Source: an uncultured virus (IMG/VR IMGVR_UViG_3300002835_000037) (lineage: Duplodnaviria > Heunggongvirae > Uroviricota > Caudoviricetes). Taken from it: DNA of 58,453 nucleotides. The notes beneath the pieces are model-generated. The model did not search any database and was not told the DNA's origin. It worked only from the letters and a program-made list of their open reading frames with translations. Both the position numbers and the translations under genes were made by a program. The stretch lies in the IMG/VR virus record IMGVR_UViG_3300002835_000037; one strand, 5' to 3'. Shown one piece after another: positions 20,433 through 28,176 of this stretch (position 1 is its first letter; every line of letters starts with the position of its first letter).

Positions 20433-20648
20433 ATGAATAGTTTAGTAACTCGGGTTATAAGTAACCCTCATTCCAAAACAAGTTTTATCTTATACCCAAA
20501 TGGTATGAAACCATTTGTGATAAGTAAAACCAGAGCCAAAGGCCTCAAGGCAGGTAAAACCTTTCTTGTAGACCTTAAGGCAAGCACCACGGGTTTTGTC
20601 TATTCAGTCAAAGTCCATGGTGAGCTAGCAATAAAGAAAGGGAAGTAA
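20433..20648 (+). CDS. Hypothetical early protein
   Basis: 71 aa basic ORF followed by a terminator. Confidence 0.6.
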   Translation: MNSLVTRVISNPHSKTSFILYPNGMKPFVISKTRAKGLKAGKTFLVDLKASTTGFVYSVKVHGELAIKKGK

Positions 20649-20667
20649 TTCCCTTTCTTTCTTTTTT
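20634..20667 (+). terminator. Intrinsic terminator
   Basis: AAGAAAGGGAA-GTAA-TTCCCTTTCTT plus T tract. Confidence 0.75.
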
Positions 20668-20722
20668 CCCTCTTTTTTCTAACCCTAAACTTAAATTGAT
20701 AAATCAATTAAATTAATAAATT

Positions 20723-21238
20723 ATGCTTACAGCAAAATTTCTCAAGATGGGCAAAGGCGGAGCCTTAGCCATCTATGAAGTTCACGGAACTTCATCTGAA
20801 TTAGCCAACTTCGTTAAGGCTAATTATAAAGACAGGGAACCTGCCTTTAAAAGCACCATTGATGGTAAACCCATCACTGATGCTAGTGGCAATAAAGTTC
20901 CACTTTATTTCACTTCTTACCCGTTGCCGGGCAAGAATATGAAGCACCCTTTGTATCAAATACAAATGGGTGCTAATGCAGGTTCATTCACTCTTGATAA
21001 GAGTGACCTGCAATTTGAGATGCTTGTTACCAAAGCCTCCGGAGGAGACTTTGGCCAAGCCTATGCAACTGAAGTTGCAAAGAGGTATGCTGATAGCACA
21101 CCTATCTCATCAGCAGCATCTAGCTTACTAGATGATGATGATGATGAGGCAGATGAAGAGGACTTCACTGCCAAAGCATCTGAAGATGCTAGCTTTGATG
21201 TTGCCGAAGCAACACCCAAAGCAAAGACTACTAAGTAG
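20723..21238 (+). CDS. Hypothetical early protein with an acidic tail
   Basis: 171 aa; poly-Asp/Glu near the C-terminus. Confidence 0.75.
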   Translation: MLTAKFLKMGKGGALAIYEVHGTSSELANFVKANYKDREPAFKSTIDGKPITDASGNKVPLYFTSYPLPGKNMKHPLYQIQMGANAGSFTLDKSDLQFEMLVTKASGGDFGQAYATEVAKRYADSTPISSAASSLLDDDDDEADEEDFTAKASEDASFDVAEATPKAKTTK

Positions 21239-21248
21239 TCTTAGAAAT

Positions 21249-21283
21249 AAAGGATGACTCTTAGGAGTCATTCTTTATTTTTT
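21249..21283 (+). terminator. Intrinsic terminator
   Basis: AAAGGATGACTC-ttag-GAGTCATTCTTT plus T-rich tail. Confidence 0.7.
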
Positions 21284-21706
21284 CCTACCTGAAACATTTC
21301 CCTTTTTTTTCTAACCCATAACCTGAAATGATGATTACACTCTTTATAGAGTGTATAAAGTAGAAACATAAATATTAATATTTAAAAGTTTCTGTATGGA
21401 AATGTGCCTGACATAGGCTCATTAGAATTTAGATACTTGCTACTTGCATGTATCAGGTATCATATTTACTTTATTTCTTTACTGAGATTACTGAGTCTCC
21501 ACCGTGTGGAGCAAGTAGACTTTGGTATTGATAATCAAGTAGTTAAAAAATGCGGAACACGTGTATAGATAGGTGTGTTTTATCTATATACCAACTCTTA
21601 CCTCATTTATACCTTCTATCTAGTTAGTATTTTACTATTATAATACTTAGTATTATATAGATTTTATATAGCTAAACCTAGACTAGTAACCAATTAAAAC
21701 AAACAT

Positions 21707-21976
21707 ATGAAGATTAATGATTCATTTATCATTGGAGTTATTACAGGTAAGTTATCTTCTTTAGCATTCTTACTATTACTTATACATGTAGTTGGTGTTT
21801 CAGATGGAGAAACAAAGACTCCGGGAAACTACACTGATGTAGGCGGTAATATAGACATAGAATATTACTTGGAAGTATCAGAAGATAGTATATGGGTTGA
21901 GGGAGTTCAATCTAAAAAAGTATATTCTGGTAAATACTCAGACCTTGATAGTCTTATTAATGCTGATAACCTATAA
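21707..21976 (+). CDS. Hypothetical membrane-anchored protein
   Basis: N-terminal hydrophobic segment. Confidence 0.65.
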   Translation: MKINDSFIIGVITGKLSSLAFLLLLIHVVGVSDGETKTPGNYTDVGGNIDIEYYLEVSEDSIWVEGVQSKKVYSGKYSDLDSLINADNL

Positions 21977-21987
21977 ATATTTAACCA

Positions 21988-22155
21988 ATGGCAGATTTTA
22001 CAATCACTGAAGATCAAGCCATGTCTATGGGCATGGAAATTAATGACCTTATACACATGAAGTGTAAAGAAGGTTATAAAGTACTACATAAATACCAACA
22101 TCCTGCAGTAGGATTGGTAGTAGTTATGACTCCAGACTACTCTCTTGCAGGGTAG
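21988..22155 (+). CDS. Small hypothetical protein (55 aa)
   Basis: Hand-translated MADFTITEDQAMSMGMEINDLIHMKCKEG... Confidence 0.5.
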   Translation: MADFTITEDQAMSMGMEINDLIHMKCKEGYKVLHKYQHPAVGLVVVMTPDYSLAG

Positions 22156-22374
22156 TCTCTATTTAAACATTCTAGTTATAACCTTAACTGGTAAAACTTG
22201 CACTGATTTGCAGGTAATCCTATACTAGATAGGTTCTTGATTCCACGGGTTGACCACCGTGTAATAAATTAAAAGCGTCATATGAAAACAATTTAAATGT
22301 CCTGTAATGGCATCTCAAATTGTAGGTTTATGAGAGTAAGAACACTACAACCTACTGATGATACTACAAAGTAT

Positions 22375-22403
22375 TAGTCCTGAGTAAGACTATAAATTAC
22401 TTT
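22375..22403 (+). ncRNA. Repeated H-type pseudoknot motif, copy 1 (degenerate tail)
   Basis: TAGTC-CTGAGTAA-GACTA-TAAAT-TACTT. Confidence 0.45.
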
Positions 22404-22405
22404 CT

Positions 22406-22539
22406 TTACTGTTAGCAAACAGTGACAAACCTGTGGGGCTACTATTGGGTTCTATATCTCTCCTGCAAAGAGAGTATAGTGCTGACATATCATTTGCAGT
22501 GATATGAATCCAAAGTTAGTGCAGACTCAAAAATCAGGT
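22406..22539 (+). ncRNA. Hatchet self-cleaving ribozyme
   Basis: UUACUGUU/AACAGUGA P1, CAA linker, ACCUG/CAGGU P2, UGGGGCU and UUAGUGCAGAC core strands, A-rich linker; branched P4. Confidence 0.85.
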
Positions 22540-22629
22540 ATTTTACATATAGTATTGATAAAGCTATGTGAGTTTAATTTAAACTAGGCAGTGTTATACA
22601 CGGGAGTAATCCGGCAGTGTGAACCTGTT

Positions 22630-22746
22630 GACCGCAGCAGTAATATGTGGTATGCCATTATCTATTCTCCTCCACAAGATTCCACTTGGGAGAATACAGC
22701 TGACTGAAGTGGAATTCGGTTTAATTCAAATGAAGACTCAGCGGTC
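22630..22746 (+). ncRNA. Unidentified structured RNA with an 8+9 bp pseudoknot
   Basis: GACCGC/GCGGTC closing stem; TATTCTCC/GGAGAATA and ATTCCACTT/AAGTGGAAT. Confidence 0.45.
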
Positions 22747-22883
22747 TAAATGCAGTGTAGGATACTGTATTACATTTGTCTATTACTTTATTAATACTGA
22801 CTAGATCAGTATAACCATTAACAACATTAATCAAGTCCTGTGTACCTAACACAGGCAAGTCCTCACCAATAAATTTATATCTT

Positions 22884-23120
22884 ATGAATTCAACAGCACA
22901 CATTAGAACTCCTAAGCATGTTAATGTATACATGCCTTCTGATAACACTCTTAATCAAGAGTTAATAAAAACATCAGAAAAACTCTTTAAGCAACCATTA
23001 AATGAATTACAAATTATGGAAATTACCAAAATGAGTAAGGAAAATAAAGAATGGTTGCTTCAACAGTATAAACAAGAAGTAAGCTTCATTAAGGAGCCAG
23101 ATCTTTCTAGTTTATATTAA
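22884..23120 (+). CDS. Hypothetical protein between the two ribozymes
   Basis: 78 aa with an AT-rich leader. Confidence 0.6.
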   Translation: MNSTAHIRTPKHVNVYMPSDNTLNQELIKTSEKLFKQPLNELQIMEITKMSKENKEWLLQQYKQEVSFIKEPDLSSLY

Positions 23121-23126
23121 TGATCT

Positions 23127-23153
23127 TTCCTGAGCATGAATAAAAACTGCTCA
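23127..23153 (+). ncRNA. Repeated H-type pseudoknot motif, copy 2
   Basis: TTC-CTGAGCAT-GAA-TAAAAAC-TGCTCA. Confidence 0.5.
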
Positions 23154-23259
23154 TTTAATACATCAACTGTAAATAACTGCCTGGAGGTTTTTGACCTTTG
23201 CACCTTACGCGGTTTACATACAAGTAGTAATACTTGAGGGGGTTGTTGATGTTAAGCAA

Positions 23260-24015
23260 AGTAGTAATGCACCATTCCTGTTTCCCAATTCAAATATATT
23301 TAGTATATTTGTATTATGAAGATTTCTATATACACCTTGACAGATCCTAATACTAATAAAATTAGATATGTAGGACAAACAAATGATCCTAAAAGAAGAT
23401 TGAGTAGACATATAAACAACTCAAGAGCTTTTAAGGATAAAAGACATATCAGTAATTGGATAAGAAGTTTAACTTCTGCTCCAATAATGGATATAATTGA
23501 AGTTTGTGAGTATTCAATTAGAAATAGTAGAGAAAACTATTGGATTGATTACTATAAGAATCAAGGTTATGATTTATGCAACTCTTCTAATGGTGGTGCA
23601 GGTGCTGGTATTGGTAATAAGAATTGTTTAGGAAGAATTATGTCTGATAAAACAAAACAGAAAATAGCTAATGCAAACAAGAATAATACCAATGGATTAG
23701 GCAATAAAGGAGGAAAACCTTCAAAAACAATTTATCAATATGATAAAAATAAAATACCTATTGCTGTTTATAAATCAATACAAGATGCTGTTAAAGCTAC
23801 TGGATATAACAGAACAACAATAAGAAGAAATATTCAAAATATTAGTTCAAGTAAATTATTTATTTGGACTGATAAACCTTTGCTCTAACTCATCCAAGGG
23901 TGAGCAGTTGTAATAATATTGTAGTCCAGATTAGTTACAGTTAAGCACATTAGCTGTAATGAGTGGCAGCAACCGGAGCTGGAAACTATTATTACAACTG
24001 AGTGCAGAGGGTACT
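23260..24015 (+). ncRNA. Twister ribozyme interrupted by a GIY-YIG gene
   Basis: 5' AGUA-G-UAA-UGCA-CC (23260-23273); 3' CUCA-UCCAAGGG-UGAG (23889-23904), 14-bp P5, UGCA-GAGGG-UACU (24003-24015). Confidence 0.65.
23316..23888 (+). CDS. GIY-YIG homing endonuclease with NUMOD-type DNA-binding repeats
   Basis: SIYTL...RYVGQT...RRLSRH, E..WI; C-terminal IYQYD...YKSI..A. Confidence 0.85.
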   Translation: MKISIYTLTDPNTNKIRYVGQTNDPKRRLSRHINNSRAFKDKRHISNWIRSLTSAPIMDIIEVCEYSIRNSRENYWIDYYKNQGYDLCNSSNGGAGAGIGNKNCLGRIMSDKTKQKIANANKNNTNGLGNKGGKPSKTIYQYDKNKIPIAVYKSIQDAVKATGYNRTTIRRNIQNISSSKLFIWTDKPLL

Positions 24016-24058
24016 CAACTTATAGAAACTTAATTAATAATTTAAAAATAAACTCAAA

Positions 24059-24871
24059 ATGAAAATTCATTTACATTCTAAACCAGGGTTATATGAAGTA
24101 GTAACCTATGGTAGAAACAGTATTACTTGTTCTACCAAGCATAGCACATTTCAAGTACCAAGCAGTGATTTTAAATCATTTGCCGGTGGTAGTTGGAACT
24201 TTAGTGTTACCAAAGATCAGATGGATATATTTCTATCTGTTGTTCAACCTGATAAATATAAGATCCAAGTAGAACAAGAAGATCAAATCTTGACATTAGC
24301 TGCTAGATTAGATATCATTCAAGCTGCTGTTAAAGCACAACAAACTGTTGTTGTTGAAGAAGAACCAGAAGCTTATGAAGATGATTATCCTGATGGTAAT
24401 CCACAAGAACCTACCAAAGAAGAATATGAAAAGTGGTGGAGACAAGAATCTGATAAGAATTATGAATTGAACAATAAGATGAGAAATATTGCACGTCAAG
24501 TGTATTCTCAGAATCTTGACTTTACTCATTTTCAGAATCACAAGGGTATTAAATTTATTATACAACAAGATCATTATGATGATAAAATCAACAGATTTTG
24601 TTGGGATCCTTATGGCTTTGTTAGTAATGGTCACAGTGATATCAGTAGTATTTATAGTGAAGGTGATTGGGGTACAATTAATGGTGGTTGGATTAAAATC
24701 ATAGATGATAATGTGATTTTATATGCTAAATCAGGTGATTATGGTGTATATGATGATGCTATTGCCATAGAGTGTGCAAAGAAAATATTTCCTACAAAGA
24801 AAATACATTCATTTGCCGGCAGACAATGGAATGATGAATTAACTTCAAAATTCTCATTGTATTCTTTTTGA
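24059..24871 (+). CDS. Hypothetical protein with a C-terminal Janus/Ocnus (PHPT1)-like domain
   Basis: GIKFII...HSDI...GGWIKI...ILYAKSGDYG...AI...K.IFP. Confidence 0.6.
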   Translation: MKIHLHSKPGLYEVVTYGRNSITCSTKHSTFQVPSSDFKSFAGGSWNFSVTKDQMDIFLSVVQPDKYKIQVEQEDQILTLAARLDIIQAAVKAQQTVVVEEEPEAYEDDYPDGNPQEPTKEEYEKWWRQESDKNYELNNKMRNIARQVYSQNLDFTHFQNHKGIKFIIQQDHYDDKINRFCWDPYGFVSNGHSDISSIYSEGDWGTINGGWIKIIDDNVILYAKSGDYGVYDDAIAIECAKKIFPTKKIHSFAGRQWNDELTSKFSLYSF

Positions 24872-24876
24872 TCTTG

Positions 24877-24904
24877 TATCCTGAGTATGATATTAAACTA
24901 CTCA
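24877..24904 (+). ncRNA. Repeated H-type pseudoknot motif, copy 3
   Basis: TATC-CTGAGTAT-GATA-TTAAAC-TACTCA. Confidence 0.5.
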
Positions 24905-24995
24905 TTTATTATCTCTCTCTATAGTACAATACTAGTTTCCGGGGAATCAATAATAAAACTAAAAATAAATCATTAATCACTTTAAACATTAAACT

Positions 24996-25907
24996 ATGAG
25001 AAACTTAAGTAACAATGGCCTTAGCATGTCACAGGCACAAACTATCAGTAACCTATGTAATCAAAGAGCTACTGAGATTCAAAGAGAGTTAGACTCTTAT
25101 AACAACTGTAGTAAGACTATTACTATAGATGGTAAAACACATCTTGTTGTTGAACCAAGTCCTGTTCCGGGAGATTTTTTAACTAAGCTCAAGCTTAAAG
25201 CTTCTTTGCATGCTTGCCAGGCTTTCCTTATGGAAGCTATTAAGTCTAAAGATGCTGAAATCAAAAGAATCAAACATGCTCAAGTAGATATCTCTCATTT
25301 AGAGATACCTAAAAGAGAATACATTGAAGACTTTGATATACTTGATAATGTGGAAGAATCCTGGGGATGGCAACAGCTCACAGATACTGAATACTCTGAG
25401 TATTTAGATGCTGAAGCAATGGCTGCTCACTTAGGTCAATTCATTCATAAGAATGGTGTATTAAGTAACTTAAGAAAAGAGCTTCCGGGGATCCCAACCA
25501 TTGAGTGGTTTGAGGTAGAAACTGGTAAGAAAACACCAGTTATGGTTACCAAACACCACAACTCTAATCAGCTTATGAATATTCATGAGACTATTGCAAA
25601 AGAGCATAAGATCTATGAGCAACGTGTAAATTATTACAAAGCTAAGGTTAAAAACCTGGTAAGTGATGAGAATGCACGTATTCAAAAGTATAATGCTGAT
25701 AGAGCAGCTGAGCAAATAAAGCTTGAACAAGAAGTTGAAGCTAAATATGAAGTTGCACGAAATGCATATACTGGAGAAGTTGTTAGATTAAAGATGGAGT
25801 TCAATGCTAAAAGAGAACAAGACATCAAAGCTACTGCAGCATTAAGAATTAATGTTGATCCTAGATTTCAGCCTGTAATTGACATGTTCAATACACCTGA
25901 AAACTAG
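24996..25907 (+). CDS. Coiled-coil hypothetical protein upstream of a structured RNA
   Basis: 303 aa, helical and E/K/A-rich. Confidence 0.8.
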   Translation: MRNLSNNGLSMSQAQTISNLCNQRATEIQRELDSYNNCSKTITIDGKTHLVVEPSPVPGDFLTKLKLKASLHACQAFLMEAIKSKDAEIKRIKHAQVDISHLEIPKREYIEDFDILDNVEESWGWQQLTDTEYSEYLDAEAMAAHLGQFIHKNGVLSNLRKELPGIPTIEWFEVETGKKTPVMVTKHHNSNQLMNIHETIAKEHKIYEQRVNYYKAKVKNLVSDENARIQKYNADRAAEQIKLEQEVEAKYEVARNAYTGEVVRLKMEFNAKREQDIKATAALRINVDPRFQPVIDMFNTPEN

Positions 25908-26114
25908 TAAACTTATAAGGTTATAATTACACAGAGCGTCTCCTTACTGCCCATAGGATATGGGTGCTGCATAAAAAGCAGGTAGTAAAGTGGGTAATGC
26001 CACAGGATGTCCTGATAGGTATGATGTAATGAATGTTGGTCTTGAGTACAACCAACAGTAACTTTAAATTAGGTGAGTAAGAGATAAGCACAAGCTGATT
26101 CTCTTACTCTTTAT

Positions 26115-26370
26115 ACTTAGTGACAGGAATCACATATAAGCAAATTGATAAATGGTTTTGGTACCATAATACAACAAAATAATTTTAAACCGCTTCTCTT
26201 CAAACTTATAAAAACTGAGATAGAACTCATCCGTTAGACAGGTTATTGTGTTATTGAAACACTATTGGCTAACACATTGAGACTTGGTATTTGTATTTGC
26301 CTTTGTAGAAGAGAAGGTCTTTGAATTTGATTTTGTATTTGACATTAGCTATATATTTCTGTCACTAAGT
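26115..26370 (+). ncRNA. Structured element with a TTTGNN hexamer register
   Basis: 16-bp closing stem, 9-bp inner stem, eight in-register hexamers at 26284-26343. Confidence 0.55.
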
Positions 26371-26519
26371 GACTATTTTACTTGGTCTTACATTTGAACC
26401 TAGTAATATTTTAGATATTGTTTCGGTTAAAGATGTGCCAAACTTTGTGATCTATTCAGATTCAGGAGATATTTAATAAACAGGGAGCGTAACAACTCCC
26501 CTTAAAAACTAAAAAAAAG

Positions 26520-26765
26520 ATGAAAAAAGAACTTAAAGACGATTGGACACCACAAGCGGGGGAGTGGGTGTTGGTTAGCAATGATAATGTTGTTTGGGAT
26601 AAAAGGCTGTTTGTTTGTGTTTGGAAAGACAAATACCGATGCGAGGCACTTGGGAGCACGGACTACATAATAGCTTGGCAACACATCCGCCAAATCAAGC
26701 CCGAAACAATGACCTTGCAAGAAGTGAGAGAGGTGTTGGGTAAACCTAATTTGGTTATTGAGTAG
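26520..26765 (+). CDS. Hypothetical protein directly upstream of the attC-like site
   Basis: 81 aa; visibly GC-richer than neighbours. Confidence 0.65.
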   Translation: MKKELKDDWTPQAGEWVLVSNDNVVWDKRLFVCVWKDKYRCEALGSTDYIIAWQHIRQIKPETMTLQEVREVLGKPNLVIE

Positions 26766-26898
26766 TGATAACGGTTTCGGGCTTGCCGTCAGGTTGGGAT
26801 TAATTAGTACAAATTTTAAATTGAAATACAAATGTTAAATAAAGCACTTACATACATAGAAGCACGAATGCCCAACTTGCGGCAAACCCGTGTTATAA
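26766..26898 (+). mobile_element. attC-like recombination site
   Basis: TGATAAC...GTTATAA ends; arms CGGGCTTGCCGTCAGGTTGGG / CCCAACTTGCGGCAAACCCG with one unpaired base. Confidence 0.6.
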
Positions 26899-27074
26899 GC
26901 CGTTTTTTATGCTACTTCGGAGTACATAAGATAAGAATAGGCTTAGGTTGGTCAGGAATTAAAAGATTTGATACTTGCTATCATTGTAAGTATTCAATTT
27001 GGGTTGAAGATATTGAAGGCAATAAAAAGATTAATGCTGAATTACAAAAGCATATTGATAGCAAGTCGTCTTAA
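26832..27074 (+). CDS. Cassette-borne hypothetical protein
   Basis: Start lies inside the attC-like site; C.F..H...C..C motif. Confidence 0.6.
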   Translation: MLNKALTYIEARMPNLRQTRVISRFLCYFGVHKIRIGLGWSGIKRFDTCYHCKYSIWVEDIEGNKKINAELQKHIDSKSS

Positions 27075-27157
27075 AATGACTTATAACTAACAAATACACG
27101 CTATTATTTAGCACCTATACAACAAAAAAAGAAAATAAACGATAAAAACTAAACAAG

Positions 27158-27403
27158 ATGGAAAAAAAGAATTTAAAACAAAGACTTAGTGATCTCTATA
27201 AAGAAAGGGATCGGCTGATAAATCATTTAGATGATATACCTGGTAGTCCATACACAATAATGGAATTATTAGATATTGAATTTCAAATTGGAGCTATAGA
27301 AGATGCATTAGCATTTGAAAAAATGTTACGTCCTTTCAAAATAAGTTTATATGTTTTTATTGCTTTTTCTGTAGGATTACTTATATTTTCTTTATTTAAA
27401 TAA
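27158..27403 (+). CDS. Hypothetical protein with a C-terminal TM
   Basis: 81 aa. Confidence 0.6.
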   Translation: MEKKNLKQRLSDLYKERDRLINHLDDIPGSPYTIMELLDIEFQIGAIEDALAFEKMLRPFKISLYVFIAFSVGLLIFSLFK

Positions 27404-27423
27404 CTTAAATTAAAAACAAACGT

Positions 27424-27735
27424 ATGAAAAAAATTAAATTATCAGCTGTATTGTTTATTACAGCATCTATGTTATTATTTTCTTCTTGTAAAAAAGAAAA
27501 ACCTTGTAATTGTGGGGTCATAACTAATGATGATATAGAAACATCAAATGGTGAATTATACTACACATTGACAATTAAAAATGATTGTTCCGGTAATAGT
27601 CAAAAATTTTATTTTGACTATAATACCTGGTTAAATGCTCCAGTAGGACAAAATTTTTGTGTAACTAATGTTTCAACTTGGATGCCTATTGGTCAAACAA
27701 CAATTGAACAAGTAGAGAATAAAGAAATTATATAA
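27424..27735 (+). CDS. Lipoprotein
   Basis: Signal peptide with LLFSS-C lipobox followed by KKE. Confidence 0.75.
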   Translation: MKKIKLSAVLFITASMLLFSSCKKEKPCNCGVITNDDIETSNGELYYTLTIKNDCSGNSQKFYFDYNTWLNAPVGQNFCVTNVSTWMPIGQTTIEQVENKEII

Positions 27736-27781
27736 TAAACAGGACTTTACCTGTTTTTATTAATCATTAAAACTATAAGTT

Positions 27782-27943
27782 ATGCTCTCATTATTAGCAA
27801 TCCTTTCCATTATTCTATTCCTCGTGGCTATTTATACGCATGAAGTAATAAGAAAAGAATACGGAAATACAATAATTCCAGGGTATTTATATATAATTAT
27901 AGGACTTTCTGGAATTATAGCTGTACTATTATTAGTTAATTAA
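27782..27943 (+). CDS. Small two-TM protein (53 aa)
   Basis: Hand-translated MLSLLAILSIILFLVAIYTHEVIRKEYG... Confidence 0.5.
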   Translation: MLSLLAILSIILFLVAIYTHEVIRKEYGNTIIPGYLYIIIGLSGIIAVLLLVN

Positions 27944-27953
27944 CTTCTAAAAT

Positions 27954-28175
27954 ATGAAAGATAATTTTTTAATATCATCTGTTTTAGGATTTGATCTAAA
28001 AGCAGATATAAAAGACAATCAGGGTATTAGTATATCTTCTGGCATTAAATTAACTATTTATCCATTAGAACAATTAAGAATACCTTCTGCATCAATAAAA
28101 GATAAAAGATTCTTTACTAATTTTAATGAAGACTTGTTTAATAAAATAATTAATCATAGAAAACTTACAACTTAG
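27954..28175 (+). CDS. Hypothetical protein
   Basis: 73 aa. Confidence 0.6.
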   Translation: MKDNFLISSVLGFDLKADIKDNQGISISSGIKLTIYPLEQLRIPSASIKDKRFFTNFNEDLFNKIINHRKLTT

Positions 28176-28176
28176 T

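Noticed and set aside
22355..22375. Hammerhead ribozyme at CTGATGA
   Set aside because: No GAAA after stem II and no valid NUH triplet at stem I
22619..22948. ORFs 22619-22804 (+) and 22721-22948 (-)
   Set aside because: They overlap a strongly paired RNA region and lack protein-like features
23127..23153. Pistol ribozyme reading of the CUGAGC-loop pseudoknots
   Set aside because: P2, the AGCG segment, P3 and the GU cleavage site are absent
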